This document shows, piece after piece, positions 19,261-28,500 of a stretch of 64,000 nt of DNA; position 1 is the first letter of the stretch; each line of letters begins with the position of its first letter. The translations under genes and the position numbers were made by a program. The notes under the pieces were generated by a model. The model made no database searches, was not told the origin of the DNA, and saw only the letters and a list, made by a program, of their open reading frames with translations. The DNA comes from Minisyncoccota bacterium. GTDB lineage: Bacteria > Patescibacteriota > Microgenomatia > UBA1400 > PJMF01. Where the stretch lies: NCBI GenBank assembly GCA_003173865.1, contig PJMF01000010.1, positions 19,088-83,087 of the forward strand, written 5' to 3'.

Positions 19261-19960
19261 TGTTTGCCTCTTGTAAATCAATTCGCCCTTCATAAATGGC
19301 CTTCCCAATAATGACTCCTGCAACATTCATCGTCTTCAGTTTTTTAATGTCAGTAATTGATGAGACACCACCAGCTACGATCAAAGGAGCTTTAACGATC
19401 TCAAGCAACTTACTTATGCCTTCATAGTCAGGTTGGGTGAGAGTGCCATCTTTCAATACATTAGTATAGATAAATTTCTTTACCCCTAACTGTTCAAGTC
19501 TTTGCGCTGTTTTCATCAAATCTTCACTTGTTTCTTCTTGCCAACCTCTTTTTGCTAGTTTCCCATTCTTGCTATCTAGAGAAACGATAACTTCTTCAGC
19601 ATAGAGACTAAGAATTTGTTTCAAAAGGTCTTCATTTTCTATAGCCAAAGTACCAATAATTACCTTACTGACCCCAATTGAAAGGAGTTGTTCAATTGTT
19701 TTTAAAGTTTGAATCCCACCCCCAACTTGAACAGGTACGGTAACTTTGACCATGATTTTTTGAACGGCTTCAAAGTTCTCTACTGCGCCGCTTTTCGCTC
19801 CATCTAAATCAACAATGTGTAATGCTTTTGCTCCTGCCAAGGTCCATTTCTGAGCCATTATCGTAGGATCGTCACTATAGACAGTTTCTTCAGAGAAATT
19901 GCCCTGTTTGAGGCGGACACACTTTCCGTTTCTGATATCGATAGCCGGAATAATTAACAT
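19250..19960 (-). CDS. hisA: ProFAR isomerase
   Basis: [26 protein letters not shown]. Confidence 0.97.
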   Translation of the reverse strand: MLIIPAIDIRNGKCVRLKQGNFSEETVYSDDPTIMAQKWTLAGAKALHIVDLDGAKSGAVENFEAVQKIMVKVTVPVQVGGGIQTLKTIEQLLSIGVSKVIIGTLAIENEDLLKQILSLYAEEVIVSLDSKNGKLAKRGWQEETSEDLMKTAQRLEQLGVKKFIYTNVLKDGTLTQPDYEGISKLLEIVKAPLIVAGGVSSITDIKKLKTMNVAGVIIGKAIYEGRIDLQEANNVS

Positions 19961-20556
19961 ATGCGTTTTCCAAAATTGTTTAACAACTGCAGACCTGCTT
20001 CACTGCTTTTTTCTGGGTGAAACTGCACTCCAAAAATATTTTTCACTTCTAAAACGCTGCAAAAAGTTTGATTGTAATCTGTTTGACCTATGATAACGGC
20101 TTTATCATCGGGTTCACAATAATATGAGTGAACAAAGTAAAAATAACTGTCATCTAGAACGTCTTTAAATAGTTTTGATCGCGAGTTAGCTCTGACCTGA
20201 TTCCAACCAATTTGAGGGACTTTTAAGTCAGTAGCAAACTTTTTGACTTTCCCTTTCACAATATTTAAGCAGTCAACATTTCCTTCTTCACTTTGCGAAA
20301 AAAGCAATTGCATGCCTAAGCAAATTCCCAGAAGGGGTTTCCCTGAACGTACATACTCCACAATAACTTTTTCTAAACCTCTTTGTTGTAAATTCCTCAT
20401 CCCTTCTCCCGCAGCACCAACTCCAGGCAAAATAAGTCCTTGAGCATTTTTAATCACAGTAGGGTCACTCGAAATCTGAACAGGAATTTCAAGTTTTTCT
20501 AGAGCATTTTTGACGCTGGTCAGATTACCTAGTCCATAATCGATGATCGTTATCAT
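19954..20556 (-). CDS. hisH: IGP synthase glutamine amidotransferase
   Basis: PGVG, GICLGMQ, QFHPEKS. Confidence 0.97.
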   Translation of the reverse strand: MITIIDYGLGNLTSVKNALEKLEIPVQISSDPTVIKNAQGLILPGVGAAGEGMRNLQQRGLEKVIVEYVRSGKPLLGICLGMQLLFSQSEEGNVDCLNIVKGKVKKFATDLKVPQIGWNQVRANSRSKLFKDVLDDSYFYFVHSYYCEPDDKAVIIGQTDYNQTFCSVLEVKNIFGVQFHPEKSSEAGLQLLNNFGKRIC

Positions 20557-21209
20557 AGTAATGCTTTTTCTTTTAACTTAGCTCTTAATTCCTCGAGATT
20601 TTTAATAACAAGATCTGCCCCAATCGATGGATAATCATTAGGCAAATTCTCGGTTAGACAGACTGTAAAAGCTCCACTCTCCTTTCCTGCTTGAACGCCT
20701 TTGTTGGAATCTTCAAGTACAATTGTTGAATCTGGTTGTGACCCTAACATTTCCATTGCTTTTACATACCCATCAGGAGCGGGTTTCGGCTTCATTCCTT
20801 CCGTATCGTTTAAAGACATCACGAATTGAAAAGTGTTTTTTGCTTCTAGTTTTGCAAGAACTAAATCAATCCAATTCTGTCGAGAAGAGGAAACTAGCCC
20901 AAGCGTAAAACCTTTCTCTATTAACTCGCTTAAAAATCTTTTAATTCCAGGAGTAAGTTTTGCTTCTGCATAAACAGTTTTGGCGTACTCATCATAAATA
21001 CGTAGATAATCTTGTTTACTGATCTGTAATCCATATTGACAAGCAATTTCATAAATAGCATTAATAGAGTTACCTAAAATCTGATCTTTAATTTTCGGGT
21101 AAGTTTCTTCTCCCATTAACTCAGCGAGAAAAACTTGCTCGTATTTTTCCCAGACAGGTTCACTATCAATAATTACGCCATCCATGTCAAAGATAAAAGC
21201 TTTTGTCAT
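20553..21209 (-). CDS. HAD-IA phosphatase, probable histidinol-phosphatase
   Basis: FDMDGVIIDSE, KPAPD, EDS; translationally coupled inside the his operon. Confidence 0.8.
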   Translation of the reverse strand: MTKAFIFDMDGVIIDSEPVWEKYEQVFLAELMGEETYPKIKDQILGNSINAIYEIACQYGLQISKQDYLRIYDEYAKTVYAEAKLTPGIKRFLSELIEKGFTLGLVSSSRQNWIDLVLAKLEAKNTFQFVMSLNDTEGMKPKPAPDGYVKAMEMLGSQPDSTIVLEDSNKGVQAGKESGAFTVCLTENLPNDYPSIGADLVIKNLEELRAKLKEKALL

Positions 21210-21865
21210 AGCTTGCCTTCCATCCCTGTACCTTTCAAACCAATGGTTGTACCAGCACGGTAAGGACATGGCCCTAAGGACTCTCGTAGGGCTTCACCAA
21301 AGGCTTTGAAAGCAGCTTCCCAGGTGTGGTGAGAATCTTCTCCAGCAAAAAACTGCACTTGAACAACACAACCTGCACCTTGGGAAAATCCATCAAAGAA
21401 TTGACGCAAGTTAGTGCTTAAAATATCTTCGACTTGCTCTAGTTTCATTCCTGGCACTTCACCCCTTAAAAAGGTATAGGCCCTTCCGTCAAAGGCAAGT
21501 GTGACAGCAACGAGCGCTTCATCAAAAGCCACGGTATAAAAACCTCTCTGATTCACGCCTTCCTCTTTACGAGCATCGAGCATTTCTCGCACAGCTCGTC
21601 CCAGGGCCAAGCCAGTATCTTCTACCACTATGTGATCGAGAGGTTCTGCGATAGTAGGAGTATAGGTGATGTCAAAATTCAAGCAGGCGCGTGAAGCTAT
21701 GCCTGTTAGCATGTGATTGAAAAATCGATTGCCGGTTTGGATTTTGTACTCACGTCGAGGCACATCTTCGATTGCTATATCGATTTGTGATTCCAATGTC
21801 ACTCGAGATAAAGAAATTTTTTCTTTTTTTGCTTCGTTAATAAACAAACCTAATTTTTTATTCAT
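21206..21865 (-). CDS. hisB: Imidazoleglycerol-phosphate dehydratase (divergent)
   Basis: RVTLES, FFNHML, HIVVED, DEAL, HHTWEA. Confidence 0.88.
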   Translation of the reverse strand: MNKKLGLFINEAKKEKISLSRVTLESQIDIAIEDVPRREYKIQTGNRFFNHMLTGIASRACLNFDITYTPTIAEPLDHIVVEDTGLALGRAVREMLDARKEEGVNQRGFYTVAFDEALVAVTLAFDGRAYTFLRGEVPGMKLEQVEDILSTNLRQFFDGFSQGAGCVVQVQFFAGEDSHHTWEAAFKAFGEALRESLGPCPYRAGTTIGLKGTGMEGKL

Positions 21866-23162
21866 ATACTCTCCTTTTTTGATTCAGTCGAACATTGACG
21901 CTATTCCAGTGTGCATCTAATTTTTCAATTCCGGACACAACATCAACAATCTCAGCTAAGTTTTCTAAACCTTCTTTAGTGAGATACTGTATTTCTGAAG
22001 ATTTCTGAAAGGTTTCAACACTTACTGCTGACACCATCTTTGACCAGTAGCCAGTCGGTAAAATGTGATTCGTGCCACTGGCATAATCTCCCACAGCGAC
22101 TGGAGCGTATTGGCCGAGAAATATAGACCCTGCATTTTTAATTTGGGGCAAAACCGCAAATGGTTCTGCAACCAACACTTCTAAGTGTTCGGGGCTGTAG
22201 TCATTCGTAAAATCAATCGCTTCTTGCCAGGATTCTGTGATAACTGCACAAGAATATTTTGCAAGTGATTTTTCAATTACTTCCCGTCTGGATAAATATT
22301 GAATTTGCCGCTCAACTTCTTTTTGCGTAGCTTTGGCCAGCTTTTCTGAATCAGTGACTAAAACTCCAGCAGCATCAGGCGCATGCTCAGCACGAGCCAA
22401 AATATCCGCCGCACAGAAAATTGGATTAGCATCTTTATCAGCCAAGATGATTGCTTCAGATGGTCCCGCCACCATATCAATATTAACTTTGCCATAGGCC
22501 AACATTTTGGCAGCTTGGGTATAAATGCTTCCTGGTCCGGAAATTTTTAAAACAGGCTGAATCGTTTCTGTTCCATAGGTCATCGCCGCAATTCCAGCAA
22601 TACCACCAACTCTATACACCTCATCACAACCAGCTAAGTCAGCAGCAATTAACATTTCTGGATACTCACCAGTAGGCGGGTAACACGCAACAACTCGGGG
22701 AACACCGGCCGCTTTGGCAGTAACGGTCAGAATTTGCATCACAGTTGGTAGCGGAACTTGACCAGCTGGCACTGCCAAACCAACTGAGGCGATTGGCGCA
22801 ATCTTGTAACCAACTTGTACTCCAGGCACAAAAGATTTCAATACAGTTTCCTGCTCAGCTTTTGAAAGCGCATTTTGTTTGGAAATACTGATTTGACGTT
22901 TCAGCACTTCCACTACACGAGGATCGACAATTTTATATGCGTTCTCAATATCCTTGCGCGTGACTCTCAAATCTTTCAATTCAAAATCTTTTTTATCAAA
23001 CTGACGCGTGTACTTTACAATTCCCACATCACCTTCATTTTTAATGGTTTCCATCCAGCCGGCCACGTATTCTTTGATTTCAGAAATATCGAGCATGGCA
23101 CGCTCAGTAATTTTTTTCTTTACTTGTGGGTCGGTTTCAGACCAGCGATAAATATTAAGCAT
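21858..23162 (-). CDS. hisD: Histidinol dehydrogenase
   Basis: IDMVAGPSE, AEH, PEHL, GDYASGTNHILPT. Confidence 0.95.
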   Translation of the reverse strand: MLNIYRWSETDPQVKKKITERAMLDISEIKEYVAGWMETIKNEGDVGIVKYTRQFDKKDFELKDLRVTRKDIENAYKIVDPRVVEVLKRQISISKQNALSKAEQETVLKSFVPGVQVGYKIAPIASVGLAVPAGQVPLPTVMQILTVTAKAAGVPRVVACYPPTGEYPEMLIAADLAGCDEVYRVGGIAGIAAMTYGTETIQPVLKISGPGSIYTQAAKMLAYGKVNIDMVAGPSEAIILADKDANPIFCAADILARAEHAPDAAGVLVTDSEKLAKATQKEVERQIQYLSRREVIEKSLAKYSCAVITESWQEAIDFTNDYSPEHLEVLVAEPFAVLPQIKNAGSIFLGQYAPVAVGDYASGTNHILPTGYWSKMVSAVSVETFQKSSEIQYLTKEGLENLAEIVDVVSGIEKLDAHWNSVNVRLNQKRRVYE

Positions 23163-24249
23163 AAGTTTTTTTTTCCTCCAAAACCTTGTTAATGCAATCG
23201 ACAACTTTTTGCTGATACTGTTCTTGGGGAATCCCTAAATAAAAATACTGTTCGCCAAATCCTTCATAAATAGAGCAGTCTTTGATAAAAATATTTTCTT
23301 TTTTTAGCTGCTCTTTGAGTTGAGCCCCAGTTGTTTTGGAAAGAATCTTGACGATAGAAAAGGTCGTTTTTGTGTCGAGAACTTCTAACTGATTAATTTG
23401 CCGGAGCTTGGTTTCAAACTTTTTCTTTAACTCCTGAAATTCTTTGATTGATTGTTTAATTAATTCTGGTTGCCGTAGGATCGTAATGGCGGCGGCTTGA
23501 GCAAATCGGTTAACACAAAACACTTGATTTGTCTGTTGAAGTCTATTTAAGTAGGCAGCGACTTCTTGATTACAGATTACATACCCCAATCTTGCACCGG
23601 CCAAAGCAAATACTTTTGAGAAACTTCGGATGATAATCAAGTTTGGATAATTTTTTGCTAGTTGAGCAGCTGTCACTCCACCTAATTCAAAGTAACACTC
23701 ATCAATTACCAGCAAACACTTGATCTTCTTCGCAATATATTCAATTTGGTCTTTAGTTAATAAAAGATTTCCAGTCGGATTATTTGGGTTGGCAATCCAG
23801 ACAACTTTTGTTTTTTCTGTTACAGCACCCAACAGTTTTTCTACATTCAGAGAAAAGTCTTCCTCTAATGACACAGTGACTGTCTTTGCACCCATCATTT
23901 GACTGACTGATTCAAAACAGGGATATGAAGGTAGGGGCATGACCACTTCATCACCTTCAGCAATAAATACTTTGGCAATTAGCTCCAGTGCCTCATCACT
24001 GCCATTGGTGGGAATAATATTCCCAGCCTCAACTTGATTGTATTGAGCAAGCTCTTCTCTCAATTCTTTTTTTGTTGGACTGAGATAAAGATTAATTTTC
24101 TCAATTTCTTTTTCGACCGCTTCTTTATATACCTCAATAAACTTTTGATTTTCTCCCCACAACAATCTCATCCCCGTATTGTCGGGAATATCACCCCAGT
24201 TTATTTCTTGCATCTCTCGAATTTGTTTGCGGACTAGTTGGACAATCAT
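23155..24249 (-). CDS. hisC: Histidinol-phosphate aminotransferase
   Basis: NGSDE, NPNNPTG, DECY, RSFSKxFALAGARLGY. Confidence 0.92.
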   Translation of the reverse strand: MIVQLVRKQIREMQEINWGDIPDNTGMRLLWGENQKFIEVYKEAVEKEIEKINLYLSPTKKELREELAQYNQVEAGNIIPTNGSDEALELIAKVFIAEGDEVVMPLPSYPCFESVSQMMGAKTVTVSLEEDFSLNVEKLLGAVTEKTKVVWIANPNNPTGNLLLTKDQIEYIAKKIKCLLVIDECYFELGGVTAAQLAKNYPNLIIIRSFSKVFALAGARLGYVICNQEVAAYLNRLQQTNQVFCVNRFAQAAAITILRQPELIKQSIKEFQELKKKFETKLRQINQLEVLDTKTTFSIVKILSKTTGAQLKEQLKKENIFIKDCSIYEGFGEQYFYLGIPQEQYQQKVVDCINKVLEEKKTYA

Positions 24250-25508
24250 ATGTCTTGATCTTTCAACTTCTCTAAAACTTCTTGAAAACTGCAGGTAGTT
24301 TGTTCTCCTGTCTGGAGATTCTTGAGAACTAACTGTTGTTTACTCACCTCGTCAGAACCTGCAATAATGGCAAAGGGGATATTTTTCCTATCCGCGTATT
24401 TCAAGTGAGTAGATAATTTTTCTTGGCTGTTCAGGTATATCTCGGTATTAATACCTTGATCACGTAAGTCGCTTGCTATTTTGAGTGAATACTCTTCAAA
24501 AGATGGATCAAAAATGGACACAAACACTTGAGCTGTAGACTTGGCCGAATCTGGCCAGAGATTTTGATCAAGAATGACATCAACGATGCGATCTAGTCCC
24601 AAAGTTGTTCCTACTGCTGGCAAATCGGTACTTCCAAGTGAACCCATCAATTTGTCATATCTGCCCCCACCCGTAATTGACCCGATCTTCGGTTCAGTCA
24701 CTACAGTTTCAAAAATTGGACCAGTATAGTAATCAAGTCCACGAGCTAAAGTGGGGTCAAACTTCCACGAAGATTTTTGAACACCCAGACTCTCAAGAGC
24801 GGCAATGACTTTTTGGAGATACTCGTCCGGCTGAGCATTCTTGAGTGAAACAAAAATATTCTTGATTGTGTTTGAAGAGATGCCCTTTTCTGCAAGTTCT
24901 ACTTCTACTTCTTCTTGAGTCTTTTTATCTAACTTATCAATGGACTGGATAACCGATAAAGTTTTGTCTTTCGGCACTCCAGCTTTTTCCATCACATTAA
25001 ACAAGACTTGGCGACTATTGATACGAATCGTGAACTCGGCAAAATCAAGTCGCTGCAAACACTTTTCGATTAAAGCGACAATTTCCGCATCAGCCAGAGG
25101 TGAGGTATTCCCCACAATATCAATGTCGCATTGGGTAAATTCACGATACCGACCTTTGGCAGGTTTATCTGCTCGAAAAACATTCTGAATTTGATACCGC
25201 TTAAATGGTAAAGGCAAATCATTTTTATATTGAGAGACCACTCTCGCCAAAGGCACAGTGAGGTCATATCGCAAACCGACTTTGCGCTTCCCGTTATCTA
25301 GAAATTTATAGACAAGCTTATCTGCTTCATCACCATACTTCCCAAGCAACAACGCTTGTTGCTCTAATGTAGGCGTTTCCAGAGGCTCATAGCCAAAGGA
25401 CTCAAACACTTCTACAAGAGTTTCTTTCACTTGCTTTCTGATCGTCGCTTGCGCTGGTAATAAATCGCGAAAGCCTTTCAAAGTGATCGGTTGATTCTTT
25501 TTCTTCAT
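24246..25508 (-). CDS. hisS: Histidyl-tRNA synthetase
   Basis: LRYDLTVP, GRYREF, RGLDYYTG, GGRYD and a C-terminal anticodon-binding domain. Confidence 0.95.
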   Translation of the reverse strand: MKKKNQPITLKGFRDLLPAQATIRKQVKETLVEVFESFGYEPLETPTLEQQALLLGKYGDEADKLVYKFLDNGKRKVGLRYDLTVPLARVVSQYKNDLPLPFKRYQIQNVFRADKPAKGRYREFTQCDIDIVGNTSPLADAEIVALIEKCLQRLDFAEFTIRINSRQVLFNVMEKAGVPKDKTLSVIQSIDKLDKKTQEEVEVELAEKGISSNTIKNIFVSLKNAQPDEYLQKVIAALESLGVQKSSWKFDPTLARGLDYYTGPIFETVVTEPKIGSITGGGRYDKLMGSLGSTDLPAVGTTLGLDRIVDVILDQNLWPDSAKSTAQVFVSIFDPSFEEYSLKIASDLRDQGINTEIYLNSQEKLSTHLKYADRKNIPFAIIAGSDEVSKQQLVLKNLQTGEQTTCSFQEVLEKLKDQDI

Positions 25509-25519
25509 ACTTCTCCTTT

Positions 25520-26392
25520 TTACAAAATCATTTTTTCAATTGGTAAAACGATAATTCCTGATGCACCAACACTCTTGAGTTTTTCAATAGTTTCCCAAAA
25601 CGTGTCTTCTTTAATGACTGTTTGCACTGATAACCACCCTTCTTTTGCTAAAGGGGAAATCGTTGGTGCTTTTAATCCAGGTGTAATCTTCTTTAATTTC
25701 GGCAGAATTTCTGCTGGAGCATTCATCATCACGTATTTGTAATTCTGGGCTGACAAAACCCCTTTGAAACGGATCATGAGTTTTTCTAGCAATACTCGTT
25801 TACTCTCTACGGATGAAGTTTTATCGTTTGCAATAAGAACCGCTTCTGAATCATAAATTTTCGTGAGCGGGCGCAAATCATTTAATGTCAGGGTACTCCC
25901 CGTTGATGTGAGATCGGCAATGGCTTGTGCTACACCCAACGTTGGCGCAATTTCCACGGAGCCATTAATTTTGATTGTTTCAACGGAAATTCCATTTTTC
26001 TTAAAGAAGTTTTTGGTTGAGTTGGGATAGGTGGTGGCGATAGTTTTTCCGCTCAAATCGGCTATTGCTTGTACTCCTGATTCCTTTGGTACAGCTAAGG
26101 TTAAGGCACAGAATCCATATCTCAAATTCAAAAGTTTCTTCACATTTGCCGGTCTTTCTTCATACAGCAAATTTTGACCAAGAATCCCAATATCCACGCT
26201 TCCTGAAGCCACATAATCTGGAATGTCATCATCACGAACATACACAATTTCGAGTGGAAAGTTTCGACAACTTGCAAAGAGCTTCTGCGTGTAACTTTCA
26301 AACTCCAAACCTGATTTCCGCAAAAAATCGAGCGTGTCATCAGTCAGACGACCACCCTTTTGAATTGCGAGTTTTAAACTTTTGTTGTTCAT
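25520..26392 (-). CDS. hisG: ATP phosphoribosyltransferase (long form)
   Basis: LAIQKGGRL, VRDDDIP, GSVEIAP, STGSTL, C-terminal regulatory domain; start corrected to MNNKS. Confidence 0.97.
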   Translation of the reverse strand: MNNKSLKLAIQKGGRLTDDTLDFLRKSGLEFESYTQKLFASCRNFPLEIVYVRDDDIPDYVASGSVDIGILGQNLLYEERPANVKKLLNLRYGFCALTLAVPKESGVQAIADLSGKTIATTYPNSTKNFFKKNGISVETIKINGSVEIAPTLGVAQAIADLTSTGSTLTLNDLRPLTKIYDSEAVLIANDKTSSVESKRVLLEKLMIRFKGVLSAQNYKYVMMNAPAEILPKLKKITPGLKAPTISPLAKEGWLSVQTVIKEDTFWETIEKLKSVGASGIIVLPIEKMIL

Positions 26393-26422
26393 ATTTGCTA
26401 TATATTCCTTTTTCAAATCTCT

Positions 26423-26497
26423 TGGACGGCTGAGGGGAGTTGAACCCCCGACTCTCTTCTCCACAGGAAGATGCTCTACCGCTGAGCTACAGCCGTC
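26423..26497 (-). tRNA. tRNA-His(GTG)
   Basis: G-1, ACGGCTG/CAGCCGT acceptor, TCTTC-CTGTGGA-GAAGA anticodon arm, TTCAA T-loop, C73; full CCA not encoded. Confidence 0.95.
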
Positions 26498-26511
26498 ATA
26501 TTTTTTACAAC

Positions 26512-26742
26512 AAAAAACCTCCCGTTCATTACTCGCCACGTCAAAAACAACATGACAAATAAGGAACGAGAGGCAATAAAAAAGGACCTCCCGCGGTCCC
26601 ATCCTTAGTTCCTAAAAGTATTTCTCTTCTAGGCTCTTAGGCCGGCTCCGCTAATGCGACATCGGCTGTTGGATTTAACGGTTCAACTTCCGTAAGGCAT
26701 TTTGGCCTTCAGCTCGTGGATCGTGACTCCACTCAAACGCTT
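26512..26742 (-). promoter_or_regulatory. His-specific T-box riboswitch with ultra-short Stem I
   Basis: GCGTTTGA-GTGGA-GTCACGA-TCCAC-GAGC with CAC in the loop; CCGTTA Stem IIA/B; T-box AAGGATGGGACCGCG; terminator CCTCTCGTTC/GAACGGGAGG plus T6. Confidence 0.9.
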
Positions 26743-26763
26743 TTGTATTAACTTGTAACAGGT

Positions 26764-26811
26764 ATTGTAGAGTATTAATTTAAAATGTCAACATGTTAAC
26801 TTATTAACATG
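26764..26811 (-). promoter_or_regulatory. his promoter and palindromic operator
   Basis: TTGACA-16-TACAAT; palindrome CATGTTAACTTATTAACATG (26792-26811) abutting the -35. Confidence 0.75.
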
Positions 26812-26814
26812 GAT

Positions 26815-27117
26815 TTATCTTTTGGAAGAACCATATGTTCTCTGAAGAATAGCTGCATACCCTTGCCACTTTTCCTTGTAAAGCCATTGAGCAACTCGCG
26901 TCACAGTGGTTGTGCTTGTGCCCACTTTCTTGGAAATATCGAGGTATGAAAGTTTCGTCGTCCAGAGCAACTTAGCAATTTGAAATCGACTAGAGAACTC
27001 TTCAATTTCAGCGGGGGTGAGGATATCTCTCAAAAAAGAAGCTACTTCTTTTTGTCCTTTAAGAGAGGAAACAGCATTGATAAGCTCTTTGTCTTGTTTT
27101 GAAGGGTATGTTTGCAT
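26815..27117 (-). CDS. TrpR-like YerC/YecD (HisR-type) repressor
   Basis: FLRDILTPAE...R...A...SY...STTTVTRV. Confidence 0.9.
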   Translation of the reverse strand: MQTYPSKQDKELINAVSSLKGQKEVASFLRDILTPAEIEEFSSRFQIAKLLWTTKLSYLDISKKVGTSTTTVTRVAQWLYKEKWQGYAAILQRTYGSSKR

Positions 27118-27134
27118 GTTAATATTTTAACATT
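27115..27134. promoter_or_regulatory. Second operator copy over the repressor start codon
   Basis: CATGTTAATATTTTAACATT. Confidence 0.75.
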
Positions 27135-27266
27135 GAGAATCTTGCAGACCAACATCAGCTTGCCAATTATTCAGGATTAATCACATAGAAGAGAATGACC
27201 CTAAATCTTAATTCAAATAAACTCAAATCTGAAGCTATGTTGATTTAGTGCTACTTGATTCAGCGA

Positions 27267-27294
27267 TGCTGCACGTGTGGGAGTTTATCCGAAC
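27267..27294 (+). repeat. att half-site copy
   Basis: TGCTGCACGTGTGGGAGTTTATCCGAAC, reading LHVWEFIRTF. Confidence 0.9.
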
Positions 27295-27467
27295 ATTTTT
27301 TAGTTGAGAATATTTCACTAGCATTTTAATTTCTGAGGTAAGTAAAAAACAACAAAAGCTCCTTAAGGAGCTTTTGCTTTTGCCTGGAAAAGGCACAATT
27401 GTAGGGTATACAATACCCTTATTATACATAAGAAAAAGAAAAAATCAAATTACTATAGGCTATATTG

Positions 27468-27573
27468 CGGAGGAAGCGGGATTCGAACCCGCGAAAAACA
27501 TTCCTGTATACCCTACAAATATGTCTTTTCCAGATTGTCACTCTAGTGCATTCGGCCGCTCTGCCACCCCTCC
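27468..27573 (-). tRNA. Atypical tRNA: Ser-type body, GAC anticodon, 37-nt variable region
   Basis: GGAGGGG/TTCCTCC with G73; D arm GCA-GAGCGGCCGAA-TGC; CTAGA-GTGACAA-TCTGG; GCGGG-TTCGAAT-CCCGC. Confidence 0.75.
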
Positions 27574-28428
27574 CTTTTCATTCATACTTTTAAGTTGATT
27601 TTTCAAGTAATCTATTCCCTTTTGTAAAATGGAATAGCCATTCCCTTTTTGCTTCACATAAGTGCTCTTTATATTAGAGATATTTCCACTAGTAAAGTTA
27701 GATGTAGATATAGAGTCTTTTAGCTTATCAGATAGATATTCAATATCAGTTGCTGTTAATGATTTGATATTTCCCTTGGCTTCTGCATATATTAAGAGCC
27801 ACAAAATCTTATCGGATCTTTTCGCGAGATGATGAAATCGTGGGAATCCTTCTAATTCTGACATTACTTCTAGAGATTCCAGTCCTGCAGTTAAGATTTG
27901 TTTTTTCTTTTTGGTTTTATTGGTTCCTACTGAGAAGCCACCTTTTGGACGATTTGCGAAGTTTGAACTAAGTACTGAAAGCCCCGTTCTTGTGACGTAG
28001 TATTTGTTAGAATTTCCCAATTGAGAAATATATCCTAACTTAACTGTGTGTTTAAAATCACGAGCTAAATTTTTTGTTGGGTCTTTTTCTCCTGCTTTTA
28101 TGAAAAGATCTTTAATGTCACTTGGAGAAAAGTTATCCTGAGAATTAACTTTTTGAAAATAATTCCCCAAAATTAATACTTTATCTGGATTAAACTTAGC
28201 TTCTGGGTAAGATAAAAGCTCTTCTTGAGGAGAAAGACTTGGCGAAGTGTATTGGGAAAAACCCATTTCAGGATTTTGAGGAATTTGAGTCAAGCTAGAA
28301 TTTGAAACACCCTCTTCTTTTTCATCCTCATTACCGACTTTAATAGCAGCTATAATTTTTAAAGCAAGTTCAAAAGAAATTTCATTTTCAAATGATAGAG
28401 ATTCATCTGTTATTAAAATTTTTGGCAT
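27538..28428 (-). CDS. Hypothetical protein with two wHTH-like repeats
   Basis: Repeated DK(V/I)L...G...Y.(V/I)...G units; stop codon lies inside the tRNA anticodon loop. Confidence 0.65.
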   Translation of the reverse strand: MPKILITDESLSFENEISFELALKIIAAIKVGNEDEKEEGVSNSSLTQIPQNPEMGFSQYTSPSLSPQEELLSYPEAKFNPDKVLILGNYFQKVNSQDNFSPSDIKDLFIKAGEKDPTKNLARDFKHTVKLGYISQLGNSNKYYVTRTGLSVLSSNFANRPKGGFSVGTNKTKKKKQILTAGLESLEVMSELEGFPRFHHLAKRSDKILWLLIYAEAKGNIKSLTATDIEYLSDKLKDSISTSNFTSGNISNIKSTYVKQKGNGYSILQKGIDYLKNQLKSMNEKGGVAERPNALE

Positions 28429-28500
28429 GTTTTGAACAGTATGCCTTCCAGTCCGTGATGTCAATGAGGAAAATTATGAGGAAAAAAATTAAAATAGTGC

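Noticed and set aside
24246-25508. hisZ instead of hisS
   Set aside because: Full catalytic motifs and an anticodon-binding domain are present, and HisG is the long form that needs no HisZ.
26393-26602. 70-aa N-terminal extension of HisG in the ORF track
   Set aside because: It reads through the T-box terminator and tRNA-His; the real start is 26392.
27468-27573. tRNA-Sec or ordinary tRNA-Val/Ser(TGA)
   Set aside because: 7/5 fold with no TCA anticodon; tRNA-Val lacks long variable arms and G73; TGA is off-register in the loop.
27235-27598. ORFs 27374-27598 and 27235-27429
   Set aside because: Shadow ORFs over the tRNA and att site (EAGFEP is the tRNA antisense signature).
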